DNA of 64,000 nucleotides from an uncultured delta proteobacterium (GTDB taxonomy: Bacteria > Myxococcota_A > Polyangia > Fen-1088). This document shows positions 9,030 through 18,459 of this stretch, piece by piece. The stretch is from assembly GCA_963767925.1 (NCBI GenBank), contig CAVYGB010000008.1, positions 2,944,001-3,008,000 of the forward strand, given 5' to 3'. The position numbers and the translations under genes were made by a program. The stretch's first letter is position 1. The number at the start of each line of letters is the position of its first letter. The notes beneath the pieces were generated by a model. The model was not told where the DNA came from. It worked only from the letters and a program-made list of their open reading frames with translations, and did not search any database.

Positions 9030-9959
9030 CTATCCCGGGGCCAGCGCCTTGTCGGCGGCCAGCAGATCCTGGGCCGCCTTGGCCACCTCGGCGTGTCGTT
9101 CGGGGTCGAGGTTCGACAGCAGCGGCAACATCGGGCCGGTGTCGGCGATGCCGGCCAGGCGAACCGCCTCGTGCAGCACCCGGATGGGCGAGAGGGCGTC
9201 GCGCCGGTCCTCGAGGGGGATGTACTTTTCCCGGAGGCGGGCGGCGGTGTCCCAGTCCTTACGCTTGCAGGCCTCGAGGATGCGGGTCGAGCCCCGGGGC
9301 GCCACGCAGACCGATCCCGAGGTGAACCCCTGCAGGCCGTAGTCGCGCAGGTGGGTGATCACGGGCCGCTCCCCGATGCCGCTCACGATGTAACGGCGGT
9401 CGACGATCTCCACCAGCCGGCGCAGGAAGACGTCCTCCAGGGGGTCGATGCGCACGATGGCGTATTTGATGGCCGCCACCAGGCCGTCGTCGACCAGGCC
9501 CTTGACCAGCTCGGGCGTGAGGTAGCCCTCGGCCTTGATGTAGACGATGACCGGCTTGCCGAGCGCCTCGGCGAAGCGGCGCAGGCCGGTGGCGGCCCCC
9601 GCGGGGGTCATCGGGAAGGTCATCGGCAGCACCATGGCGGTGGGGAACGACCGGCTCTTCAGCGCCGCCGCCTGATCGATCAGCTTGCCGTAGTCGGGGC
9701 CCACCGAGGGGATGAGCCAGGTCTTGGCCCCCGCCAGCTCCCCGAGCTGGTCGAGCACCTGCCCGTATTCGTAGAGCCCGATGTTGTAGAAGTTGGCGTT
9801 GCCCCCGTAGAGCAGGGTCGTGACGCCCCCCGCCTCGATATGCCGGATCAGCGCTGCGTTCCCGGCGCGGCTGAAGCTCAGGTCGGCATTGCGGGCCAGC
9901 GGAGGGACCGCGAGCACCGAGGACGACAGATCGGCGAACGTGACAGCATCGATCTTCAT
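9030..9959 (-). CDS. Dihydrodipicolinate synthase/N-acetylneuraminate lyase family protein (probable 2-keto-3-deoxy sugar-acid aldolase/dehydratase)
   Basis: GGNANF, IVYIK and AIKYA (Schiff-base Lys); co-oriented with the dehydratase. Confidence 0.8.
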   Translation of the reverse strand: MKIDAVTFADLSSSVLAVPPLARNADLSFSRAGNAALIRHIEAGGVTTLLYGGNANFYNIGLYEYGQVLDQLGELAGAKTWLIPSVGPDYGKLIDQAAALKSRSFPTAMVLPMTFPMTPAGAATGLRRFAEALGKPVIVYIKAEGYLTPELVKGLVDDGLVAAIKYAIVRIDPLEDVFLRRLVEIVDRRYIVSGIGERPVITHLRDYGLQGFTSGSVCVAPRGSTRILEACKRKDWDTAARLREKYIPLEDRRDALSPIRVLHEAVRLAGIADTGPMLPLLSNLDPERHAEVAKAAQDLLAADKALAPG

Positions 9960-10063
9960 GGCGTTTCGCTTGTACTACGGAGCGCAGAGCTGTCACAAGC
10001 CGCGCCCTCCCGTGAGGCGGCGGTCCGGCGGGACGTTATGGTATAGAGTCCCCCGACTTTCCC

Positions 10064-10804
10064 ATGGGCCTCCTCGATCTCTTCTCGAAAGACAAACGCG
10101 ACGAGCGCGCCCGAACCAAGAACGTCGAGCGGGCCGTCAACAAACACGCCCAGTCCATCGACCGGATGAAGGCGCTGGAAGCGCTGGCCAACGACGGCTC
10201 CACGGAAGCGTTTTATGGCCTGTTGCGTCGCTTCGGCATGCACTACCACAAGACCATCGAGGACGAGCAGGAGAAGGAGTGGGCCTTCGAGACCCTCGTC
10301 TCCAAGGGCAAGGCCGTCCTGCCCGCCGTCCGCCGGTACCTGGTGAGCGCCGACTCGATCTCCTGGCCCCTGCGCCTCCTGCAGAAGGTGGCCGACCGCC
10401 AGGAAGAGCTGGTGGCCCTCGAGGAGGTCCTGGCCCGGCACGAGCCCGGCTACGAGCGCGACCCCACCAAGAAGATCCAGCTCCTCAACTACCTCGGCGG
10501 CTTCAAGCACGAGAAGGCCACCCCCCTCACCGTCCCTTACCTGAAGGACATGGACGAGGGGGTGCGCTTCACCGCGGTCGAGGCGCTGCTGCGCCAGAAG
10601 CGGGAGGAGCTCACCCGGGAGCCGCTGCTCGAGCTGTTCGTCTCCAACGAGGAGGAGAGCTTGCGCATCCGCCTCCGCATCGCCGAGGGGTTCGCCGAGC
10701 TGGGCTGGCTGGTCCACGGCCACCGCGGCGCCCTCGAGAAGAAGCTGCCCGAGGCCTACCACCTCGATCGCGAAGGCCACATCAAGCGCAAGCCCCAGGG
10801 TTGA
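10064..10804 (+). CDS. HEAT-repeat protein
   Basis: All-helical; LKDMDEGVRFTAVEAL and EESLRIRLRIAE HEAT-like units. Confidence 0.7.
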   Translation: MGLLDLFSKDKRDERARTKNVERAVNKHAQSIDRMKALEALANDGSTEAFYGLLRRFGMHYHKTIEDEQEKEWAFETLVSKGKAVLPAVRRYLVSADSISWPLRLLQKVADRQEELVALEEVLARHEPGYERDPTKKIQLLNYLGGFKHEKATPLTVPYLKDMDEGVRFTAVEALLRQKREELTREPLLELFVSNEEESLRIRLRIAEGFAELGWLVHGHRGALEKKLPEAYHLDREGHIKRKPQG

Positions 10805-10825
10805 GCGGCGGGCCAGTCGGCAAGA

Positions 10826-10866
10826 TCAGTCAGTCACTCAGTCAGTCAGTCACCAAGGTCAGTCAG
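10826..10866 (+). repeat. Interrupted (TCAG)n tetranucleotide tract upstream of carB
   Basis: tcagtcagtcac tcagtcagtcagtcac caagg tcagtcag. Confidence 0.85.
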
Positions 10867-10884
10867 CGAGGCTAAGACGTCTTC

Positions 10885-13800
10885 GTGCCCAGACGCAGCG
10901 ACATCAAGACCGTTCTGCTCATCGGATCGGGCCCCATCGTCATCGGACAGGCCTGTGAGTTCGACTATTCCGGGACCCAGGGCATCAAGGCCCTGAAGGA
11001 GGAGGGGTTCCGGGTCGTCCTGGTCAACTCCAACCCGGCGACGATCATGACCGACCCCGAGCTGGCCGACCGGACCTACGTCGAGCCGCTCACGGTGGAG
11101 ATCGTCGAGAAGATCATCGCCCGGGAGAAGCCCGACGCCCTGCTGCCCACCCTCGGCGGCCAGACCGCCCTCAACCTCACGATCGAGCTGGCCAAGGCCG
11201 GCGTGCTCGAGCGGCACGGGGTCAAGCTGATCGGCGCGCAGCTCGACGCCATCGAGAAGGCCGAGGACCGGAACCTCTTCAAGAAGGCCATGCAGAAGAT
11301 CGGCCTCTCGGTGCCGCTGTCGGGCTACGCCCGCTCGCTCGAGGAGGGCCACAAGATCCAGAAGGAGATCGCCGCCACCTGCGGCCAGGGCTTCCCCCTG
11401 ATCCTGCGCCCCTCCTTCACCCTCGGCGGCTCGGGGGCGGCGGTGGCCTGGAATGCCGAGGAGTTCGACAGCAAGATGTTGTGGGGCCTGCAGCAGAGCC
11501 CCCGGGGCGAGGTGCTGGTCGAGCAGTCGGTGCTCGGCTGGAAGGAGTACGAGCTCGAGATCATGCGCGACCGCAACGACAACGCGGTCATCGTCTGCTC
11601 GATCGAGAACTTCGATCCCATGGGGATCCACACCGGCGACTCCATCACCATCGCCCCGGCGATGACCCTCACCGACAAGGAATATCAGGTGATGCGCGAC
11701 GCGGCCATCGCCGTGATCCGCGAGATCGGGGTGGAGACGGGCGGGTCGAACATCCAGTTCGCGGTCAATCCGGCCAACGGCCACATGATCGTCATCGAGA
11801 TGAACCCGCGCGTGTCGCGCAGCTCGGCCCTCGCCTCGAAGGCCACCGGCTTTCCCATCGCCAAGATCGCCACCAAGCTGGCCATCGGCTACACGCTCGA
11901 CGAGATCCCCAACGACATCACCAAGGGGACGCCGGCCTGCTTCGAGCCGACCATCGACTACATCGTCACCAAGATCCCCCGCTTCGCCTTCGAGAAGTTC
12001 CCGGGCGCCGACACCACCCTGGGCCCCCAGATGAAATCGGTCGGCGAGGTCATGGCCATCGGCCGCACCTTCAAGGAGTCGTTCGGCAAGGCCCTGCGCT
12101 CGCTGGAGATCGGCCGCTGGGGCCTCGACCTCTACGATTCCGGCCCCCCTCGCGATCGGCTGCCCACCCTCGAGGAGCTCAAGCGGGCCATCGCGGTGGC
12201 GGGGCCCGACCGGCTGTGGCAGCTCGCCGAGGCCCTGCGGCAGGGGCTGTCCCAGGAGGAGGCCCACCAGCTCACCGCCATCGATCCCTGGTTCCTCACC
12301 CAGATCGGTCAGCTCGTCGACGAGGACGAATCGGTCCGCAAGGCCGGCGCCGCCCTGCTCGACGATCCCGCCGCCCTCGAGCGGGCCAAGCGGCTCGGCA
12401 TCTCCGACCGGCGCATCATGAAGCTGGCGGGGGTCACGGAGGAGGACGTCCGCAAGGCCCGCCACAAACACGGGCTGCGCCCGGTCTACAAGCGGGTCGA
12501 CACCTGCGCGGCCGAGTTCGACGCCGGCACCCCCTACCTCTACAGCACCTACGAGGCCCGCAGCGAATGTGAGGCCCGCCCCACCGACCGCAAGAAGGTG
12601 ATCATCCTCGGCGGCGGCCCCAACCGCATCGGCCAGGGGATCGAGTTCGACTACTGCTGCGTGCACGCCGTGATGGCCCTGCGCGAAGCGGGCTACGAGA
12701 CCATCATGGTCAACTGCAACCCCGAGACGGTGTCGACCGACTACGACACCTCGGATCGCCTCTACTTCGAGCCGCTCACCCGCGAGGACGTCCTCGAGAT
12801 CGTCGACATCGAGCGCCCCCTGGGGGTGATCGTCACCTTCGGCGGCCAGACGCCGCTGCGCCTGGCGGTGCCCCTGCAGAAGGCCGGTGTCCCCCTGCTG
12901 GGCACCAGCGCCGACTCCATCGACCGGGCCGAGGACCGCCAGCGCTTCGGCGAGCTCGTGAAGAAGCTGGGCCTGCGGTCCCCCGCCTGGGGCACCGCCC
13001 ATGGCCTGGCCGAGGCCCGCCAGATCGCCAGCGAGATCGGCTACCCGGTGATGGTGCGCCCCTCCTACGTGCTCGGGGGGCGGGCCATGCAGATCGTCCA
13101 CGACGAGTCGGGGCTCGAGCACTTCGTCAATCAGGCCCTGGAGGCCTCCCGGCGCGAGAGCCTGGCCGGCGGCAGCGGCACCGGCGACGACGCCGCCCCC
13201 ATCCTCGTCGATCAGTTCCTGCGCGACGCCATCGAGGTCGACGTCGACGTCGTGTCGGACGGGCAGCAGGCCATCGTCGGGGGTGTCATGGAGCACATCG
13301 AGGAGGCGGGCATCCACTCGGGCGACTCGGCCTGCTCGCTGCCTCCCTTCTCCCTGGCGAGCGCGGTCATCGAGGAGATCAAGACCCAGTCCCGCGCCCT
13401 GGCCCTCGAGCTCGACGTGCGGGGCCTCATGAACATCCAGTTCGCCGTCCCCCGGGACGGACGCGGCGTGTTCATCCTGGAGGTCAACCCGCGCGCCTCC
13501 CGCACGGTCCCCTTCGTGTCAAAGGTGACGGGGGTTCCCCTGGCCAAGGTGGCGGCCCGCATCGCCGTGGGCCACACCCTGGCCGAGATGGGCATCAAGG
13601 AGGTCACCCCCCGCCACATCGCGGTCAAGGAGGCGGTGTTCCCCTTCGTGAAGTTCCCGGGCGTCGACACCCTGCTGGGGCCCGAGATGCGCTCGACCGG
13701 CGAGGTCATGGGCATCGACCGCAGCTTCGAGGCCGCCTTCGCCAAGAGCCAGATCGCCGCCGGCACCCGCCTCACGGTGCCCGGCCCGGCCGGCTCGGGG

Positions 13801-14202
13801 CCCCGACAGACCGCCTTCCTGTCGCTGCAGGATTCGGACAAGGCGGGCGCGGTGCCGCTGGCCCAGGGGCTGCGCGAGCTGGGGTTCTCCCTGCTGGCCA
13901 CCTCGGGCACCTACCAGCACCTGCGCCAGGCGGGGGTCGAGGTGGAGCGGATCAACAAGGTCCGGGAGGGGCGCCCCCACTGTGTCGACCGGATGCTCGA
14001 CGGCGAGATCCACCTCGTCATCAACACGACCGGCGGCGCCGAATCGCACCGCGATTCTTTTTCAATTCGGCGAAACGCCCTCCAGCGAGGGCTGCCATAC
14101 TTCACGACGCTGGCCGGTGCCCGCGCCGCGGTGGGCTCCCTCGGCCAGCTCAAGGCGGGGGCGCTGCAGGTCTGCTCGCTGCAAGAGTTCCAGAACGGTT
14201 AA
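10885..14202 (+). CDS. carB: Carbamoyl-phosphate synthase large subunit
   Basis: [26 protein letters not shown], duplicated ATP-grasp, [11 protein letters not shown]-terminal MGS domain. Confidence 0.98.
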   Translation: MPRRSDIKTVLLIGSGPIVIGQACEFDYSGTQGIKALKEEGFRVVLVNSNPATIMTDPELADRTYVEPLTVEIVEKIIAREKPDALLPTLGGQTALNLTIELAKAGVLERHGVKLIGAQLDAIEKAEDRNLFKKAMQKIGLSVPLSGYARSLEEGHKIQKEIAATCGQGFPLILRPSFTLGGSGAAVAWNAEEFDSKMLWGLQQSPRGEVLVEQSVLGWKEYELEIMRDRNDNAVIVCSIENFDPMGIHTGDSITIAPAMTLTDKEYQVMRDAAIAVIREIGVETGGSNIQFAVNPANGHMIVIEMNPRVSRSSALASKATGFPIAKIATKLAIGYTLDEIPNDITKGTPACFEPTIDYIVTKIPRFAFEKFPGADTTLGPQMKSVGEVMAIGRTFKESFGKALRSLEIGRWGLDLYDSGPPRDRLPTLEELKRAIAVAGPDRLWQLAEALRQGLSQEEAHQLTAIDPWFLTQIGQLVDEDESVRKAGAALLDDPAALERAKRLGISDRRIMKLAGVTEEDVRKARHKHGLRPVYKRVDTCAAEFDAGTPYLYSTYEARSECEARPTDRKKVIILGGGPNRIGQGIEFDYCCVHAVMALREAGYETIMVNCNPETVSTDYDTSDRLYFEPLTREDVLEIVDIERPLGVIVTFGGQTPLRLAVPLQKAGVPLLGTSADSIDRAEDRQRFGELVKKLGLRSPAWGTAHGLAEARQIASEIGYPVMVRPSYVLGGRAMQIVHDESGLEHFVNQALEASRRESLAGGSGTGDDAAPILVDQFLRDAIEVDVDVVSDGQQAIVGGVMEHIEEAGIHSGDSACSLPPFSLASAVIEEIKTQSRALALELDVRGLMNIQFAVPRDGRGVFILEVNPRASRTVPFVSKVTGVPLAKVAARIAVGHTLAEMGIKEVTPRHIAVKEAVFPFVKFPGVDTLLGPEMRSTGEVMGIDRSFEAAFAKSQIAAGTRLTVPGPAGSGPRQTAFLSLQDSDKAGAVPLAQGLRELGFSLLATSGTYQHLRQAGVEVERINKVREGRPHCVDRMLDGEIHLVINTTGGAESHRDSFSIRRNALQRGLPYFTTLAGARAAVGSLGQLKAGALQVCSLQEFQNG

Positions 14203-14243
14203 CGCTCAGAGGAGAGCCAAGGGCTCGAAAGAGGCGGGAAGAG

Positions 14244-14732
14244 ATGGCACTCGATCGCATCCCCATGACACCCCGCGGGCTGCGCCGGCTCCGGGATGAG
14301 CTCAAGCACCTGCGCGAGGTCGAGCGTCCCAAGAACGTACGGGACATAGAGGAGGCCCGGGCCCACGGCGACCTGCGGGAGAACGCCGAATTTTCGGCGG
14401 CCAAGGAGCGGCAGGCCTTCATCGAGGGGCGCAGCCGCGAGGTCGACAGCATGATCGCGCTGTCGGACGTGATCGACCCGGGCAAGCTGTCCGGCACGCG
14501 CGTGGTCTTCGGGGCCACCGTGCGCCTGGCCGACACCGAGACCGCCGAGGAGACCACCTACACGATCGTCGGGGACCACGAGGCCGACATCAAGCAGAAC
14601 CGGCTGGCGATCTCGGCCCCCCTGTCCCGGGCCATGATCGGCCGGGACGAGGGCGACACCGTCCTGCTGCGCAGCCTCAAGGGGACACGCGAGTACCAGA
14701 TCGTCGAGGTCCGCTTCGAACCCTGTGACTGA
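14244..14732 (+). CDS. greA: Transcription elongation factor GreA
   Basis: ARAHGDLRENAE motif; follows carB. Confidence 0.95.
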   Translation: MALDRIPMTPRGLRRLRDELKHLREVERPKNVRDIEEARAHGDLRENAEFSAAKERQAFIEGRSREVDSMIALSDVIDPGKLSGTRVVFGATVRLADTETAEETTYTIVGDHEADIKQNRLAISAPLSRAMIGRDEGDTVLLRSLKGTREYQIVEVRFEPCD

Positions 14733-14746
14733 GCACCCCGTCCCCC

Positions 14747-15958
14747 TTGCAGCAGCAGTCTCGCCGCCTGGCCTGGACGAGCGCCGTCATTCACGGCCTC
14801 GTCCACGCGTCCGTGCTCCTGCTGCCGCCCTTGCTGGGGGACCTGCAGCGGGCCTTCGGGGTATCGCTGCTCGAGCTGCTGGCGGTGGCCAACGCCATGT
14901 ACCTGGTGTACGGGCTGTCGGCTATCCCCGCCGGCTTCCTCGCTGACCGCTTCGGCTCGCGCCGCATGCTGGTCGTCTCGGCCGCCGGCTGCGGCCTGGC
15001 GCTGGTGCTCATCGCCGCCGCCCCGAGCTTCCCGGTGCTGGCGGTGGGCCTGGTGACGCTGGGGGTGTGCGCGGGGGTCTACCACCCGAGCGGGCTCTCG
15101 CTGCTGTCCCGTGGGGTGGCCTCCGGCGAGCGGGGCCGGGCCATCGGCATCCACGGCGCCGGCGGAAACCTGGGGGAGGCCATCGCCCCGGCCTGGGCCG
15201 CCGCCTTCGCCACCGCCCTGCACTGGCGGGCCGGCTTCGCGGTGGGCGCCCTGCTCTCCTTCGCCTGCGCGGCGCTGGCCACCACCTTGCCGGCCGGCGA
15301 GGCGGCGGCATCTGCCCCCCACAGCCACGGGCCACCCACCCTGAAGGCGACCCTGCGGGCCCTGTCGGACACGCTGATCGGGTTCGCCCGCAACCGGCCG
15401 CTGCGCTGGCTGCTCCTGTCGCTGGTGGCGGCGGGCTTCACCTACCGCGGGTTCCTCACCTTCTTGCCGATGCACCTGTCCCGGGATACCGGCAGCGGCG
15501 CCGCCGCCTCCTACGTCATGTCGGCGGTCCTGCTGGCCGGGATGGTCGCCCAGCGCTTCGGGGGCGAGCTGGCCGACCGGCGCGGGCGCGAGCGGCTGTA
15601 CCTGGTGCTGGCGGCGCTCGGGCTGCCGGTGCTGCTGGCGCTGGCCCTCACTTCGGGGGGGGTGGCGATCGGGGCGGCGCTCGCCTTCGGGTTCGTATGG
15701 GCCCTGGCCCAGCCGGTGGCCAACGCCTTGACCGCGACCTATGCCCGGGCGACGGACCACGGGCTGCTGTACGGGATCCAGTTCGCGGCCACCTTCGGGG
15801 TCGGGTCGTTCGCCACCACCACGGGGGGCGTGCTGGTCAGCGAGGGGGGCACCCGGCTGGTGTTCCTCGGGCTGGCGGGGGCCACCCTGCTGGCCATCGC
15901 CGCCGCCTTCGCCCTCCTGCGCGCCCGGACCCACCCGGACCCGCTCTCTGCCCGCTGA
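14747..15958 (+). CDS. MFS transporter
   Basis: About 12 hydrophobic segments, GFLADRFGSR and GELADRRGRE motif A; start uncertain (in-frame CTG at 14729 overlaps the greA stop). Confidence 0.88.
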   Translation: MQQQSRRLAWTSAVIHGLVHASVLLLPPLLGDLQRAFGVSLLELLAVANAMYLVYGLSAIPAGFLADRFGSRRMLVVSAAGCGLALVLIAAAPSFPVLAVGLVTLGVCAGVYHPSGLSLLSRGVASGERGRAIGIHGAGGNLGEAIAPAWAAAFATALHWRAGFAVGALLSFACAALATTLPAGEAAASAPHSHGPPTLKATLRALSDTLIGFARNRPLRWLLLSLVAAGFTYRGFLTFLPMHLSRDTGSGAAASYVMSAVLLAGMVAQRFGGELADRRGRERLYLVLAALGLPVLLALALTSGGVAIGAALAFGFVWALAQPVANALTATYARATDHGLLYGIQFAATFGVGSFATTTGGVLVSEGGTRLVFLGLAGATLLAIAAAFALLRARTHPDPLSAR

Positions 15959-15976
15959 GCGCCTCCCGGCGCCTTC

Positions 15977-16141
15977 CTAGTCCCCTGGAACGGTGAAGGC
16001 TTGCATATGTCGGCGAGGCATCTTCGTTCCTGGCAAGGCGCGAGGAGGGCGAATACCGGGCGTATTTGACCGACGAGCAACGCAGCCAGGGACGAAGAGG
16101 ACCGGCGAGATATGCAAGAAATCACCGTTCCAGGGGACTAG
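15977..16141. mobile_element. 165-bp palindromic MITE/REP-like element bounded by CTAG
   Basis: Perfect 20-bp terminal IR ctagtcccctggaacggtga / tcaccgttccaggggactag plus nested internal stems; no coding capacity. Confidence 0.75.
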
Positions 16142-16485
16142 CTGCCGCTGGCGGCATCGGGGCTGGCGTCCGTGGCGGCGACGCCGGCGTCGGGGGTCGT
16201 GTCCGGGCTGGCGTCGGGGGCCAGGTCGGGGCTGGCGTCGAGGGCGCGGTCGGGGGCCAGGTCGGTGGGGAGGCGGTCGGGGGTGGCGGCGTCCACCGGG
16301 CGGCTGCCGGCCTGGCTGCGGCAGGTGCCCTCGGCGCGGCCTTGCGTCAGGACGCAGACCAGCTCGCCGCTGCAGTCGTCGTCGATCTCACAGCGATCGC
16401 CCTCACCCTGGCCGCACCCGAGGCCGCCGAGCGCCGCGAGGAGAGCCAGAGCCGGAAGCACCTTGATTCCGCGTGTGGGCAGCAT
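16138..16485 (-). CDS. Small Cys-rich lipoprotein with (D/P/A)-rich tail
   Basis: LGGLG-C lipobox, CEIDDDCSGELVC..GTC, DLAPD/DASPD repeats. Confidence 0.7.
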   Translation of the reverse strand: MLPTRGIKVLPALALLAALGGLGCGQGEGDRCEIDDDCSGELVCVLTQGRAEGTCRSQAGSRPVDAATPDRLPTDLAPDRALDASPDLAPDASPDTTPDAGVAATDASPDAASGS

Positions 16486-16568
16486 GGGGGCGTGGGTTAC
16501 CACGCCCCGCCGGCTTCGTAAAGCGCCCCACCGCCTCGGGGAGAGCCCACCGTGCTAGCGTCGGGGGG

Positions 16569-18446
16569 ATGCTGCTCCCGCTGCTCGGGCTGTTGCTGGC
16601 CACGGCGGCCCCCCCCGCCGCACCGCCCACCCCGAGGTCGCCGCCGCGGGGGGCGACCGAGCGGGAGGCGCGCGCCTTCCTCGAGATCGTCACCGGCCTG
16701 TACCAGCCGGTCGCCCGGGTAGCCGCCGAGGCCGCCTGGCAGGCCTCGGTCGACGTCTCCCCCATCCGCACCGCCGAGCGAGAGGGGACCGAGAAGAGCG
16801 CCGCCGCCCTGGTGGGCTCCCGCCTGATCATCGACCGGGCCCGGGCGCTGCTGGCCCTGGAGCGGCGCCTGGACCCGCTCACCGCGCGCCAGCTCCGCCG
16901 GCTGCTGCTGACCGCCGCCGAGAGCCCCGGCAGCCTGCCCGAGGTGGTGGCCAGCCGCTTCGAGGGCGAGGCCCGCCAGGCGCGCCTCCTCGAGGACTTC
17001 ACCTTCTGCCTGGATCCGGCGCCGCCCGCCGTCGCCGACGCCGCCCCGGCGGCCGGGCGCCGCTGCGCCCGCCCCACAACCTTGGCCCGCATCGACGAGA
17101 TCCTCCGCCGCTCCACCAGCCTCGAGGAGCGGGCCCGGGCCTGGAACGCCTCCAAGGAGGTCGGCGCCGCCCTCAAGCCCGGGCTGCACCGGCTGGTCGA
17201 GCTGCGCAACCAGATCGCCCGCGAGGTCGGCTACTCCTCCTTCTTCGCCCTGCAGGTCGCCGACTACGGGATGACCGTCCCCGAGATGAGCGCCCTGCTC
17301 GACGCCACCTTGCTGGCCACCGCCCCGCTCTACGAGGGCCTGCACTGCTGGGCCCGGCAGACGCTGGCGAAGCGCTTCGGCCAGCCGCTCCCCCGGCTGC
17401 TGCCCGCGCACTGGCTGGCCAACCGCTGGGCCCAGAGCTGGCCTGGCGTCGTCGAGAACGCCGACCTCGACCCGCTGTTCGCCGGCCGCAACCCCGAGTC
17501 GCTGGCCCGCCAGGCCGAGGAGTTCTTCGTCGGGCTGGGGTTCGCCCGCCTGCCCGAGGCCTTCTGGCAGCGGTCGGACCTGTTCCCGCTGCCGCCGGGG
17601 GCCACCCGGCGCAAGAGCGGCCAGGCCGCCGTCTGGCACATCGACGGCGAGCAGGACGTGCGCGCCCTCATGAGCATCGAGCCCGGCCAGCACTGGTTCG
17701 GCGCCGCCCACCACGAGGTGGCCCACGCCTATTATTACCTGGCCTACGCCCGCCCCGAGGTCCCCTTCCTGCTGCGCACGGGAGCCAACCGGGCCTTTCA
17801 CGAGGCGGTCGGCGAGCTGGCGCGGCTGGCGAGCCTCTCGACCCCCTACCTGCGGCGGGTCGGCATCTTGCGGGGAAGCGACGAGCCGGAGTCGACGAGC
17901 TGGCTGCTGTCGGCGGCGATGGACGCCATCGTGTTCCTGCCCTTCGCGGCCGGCACCGTGACCAGCTTCGAGCGGGACCTCTACGAGGGCGGGCTGCCGA
18001 TGGACCAGTGGCAAGACCGCTGGTGGCAACACGTGGAGCGCCACCAGGGGGTGGCCCCGCCCGGGCTGCGCTCGGACGAGCTCTGCGACGCCTGCACCAA
18101 GAGCCAGCTCTCCGATCACCCGGCCCGCTACTACGACTACGCCATCGCCACCCTCGTCAAGTTCCAGCTCCACGACCATATCTGCCGCAAGCTCCTGCGC
18201 CAGGACGTGCGGGCCTGCGACTACGGCAGCAGCAAGGTGGTGGGGGACTTCCTGCGCACGTTGATGGGGGTGGGGGCCACCCGCGACTGGCGCCGGCTGA
18301 TCAAGGACACCACCGGCGAGGAGATCGGCCCCCGGGCCCTGGTCGAGTTCTTCACCCCCCTCACCCCCGAGCTCGCCCGCCGCGCCCAGTGCAGCGGCGG
18401 CGACCCTCCCGCCGCCCCCCCGCCGTCCCCCGTCCCGGGGACCTAG
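16569..18446 (+). CDS. M2-family metallopeptidase (peptidyl-dipeptidase A / ACE-like), secreted
   Basis: Signal peptide, HHEVAH zinc motif, GANRAFHEAVGE third ligand, YYDY, FQLHDHIC. Confidence 0.85.
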   Translation: MLLPLLGLLLATAAPPAAPPTPRSPPRGATEREARAFLEIVTGLYQPVARVAAEAAWQASVDVSPIRTAEREGTEKSAAALVGSRLIIDRARALLALERRLDPLTARQLRRLLLTAAESPGSLPEVVASRFEGEARQARLLEDFTFCLDPAPPAVADAAPAAGRRCARPTTLARIDEILRRSTSLEERARAWNASKEVGAALKPGLHRLVELRNQIAREVGYSSFFALQVADYGMTVPEMSALLDATLLATAPLYEGLHCWARQTLAKRFGQPLPRLLPAHWLANRWAQSWPGVVENADLDPLFAGRNPESLARQAEEFFVGLGFARLPEAFWQRSDLFPLPPGATRRKSGQAAVWHIDGEQDVRALMSIEPGQHWFGAAHHEVAHAYYYLAYARPEVPFLLRTGANRAFHEAVGELARLASLSTPYLRRVGILRGSDEPESTSWLLSAAMDAIVFLPFAAGTVTSFERDLYEGGLPMDQWQDRWWQHVERHQGVAPPGLRSDELCDACTKSQLSDHPARYYDYAIATLVKFQLHDHICRKLLRQDVRACDYGSSKVVGDFLRTLMGVGATRDWRRLIKDTTGEEIGPRALVEFFTPLTPELARRAQCSGGDPPAAPPPSPVPGT

Positions 18447-18459
18447 AAAACCGTCGGGA

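Noticed and set aside
14725..14760. Frameshift at the C5 run joining GTG 14725 to the MFS frame
   Set aside because: In-frame CTG 14729 or TTG 14747 explains the start without a frameshift
15739..16521. Short ORFs crossing the palindromic element
   Set aside because: They are translations of the inverted repeat and of antisense frames
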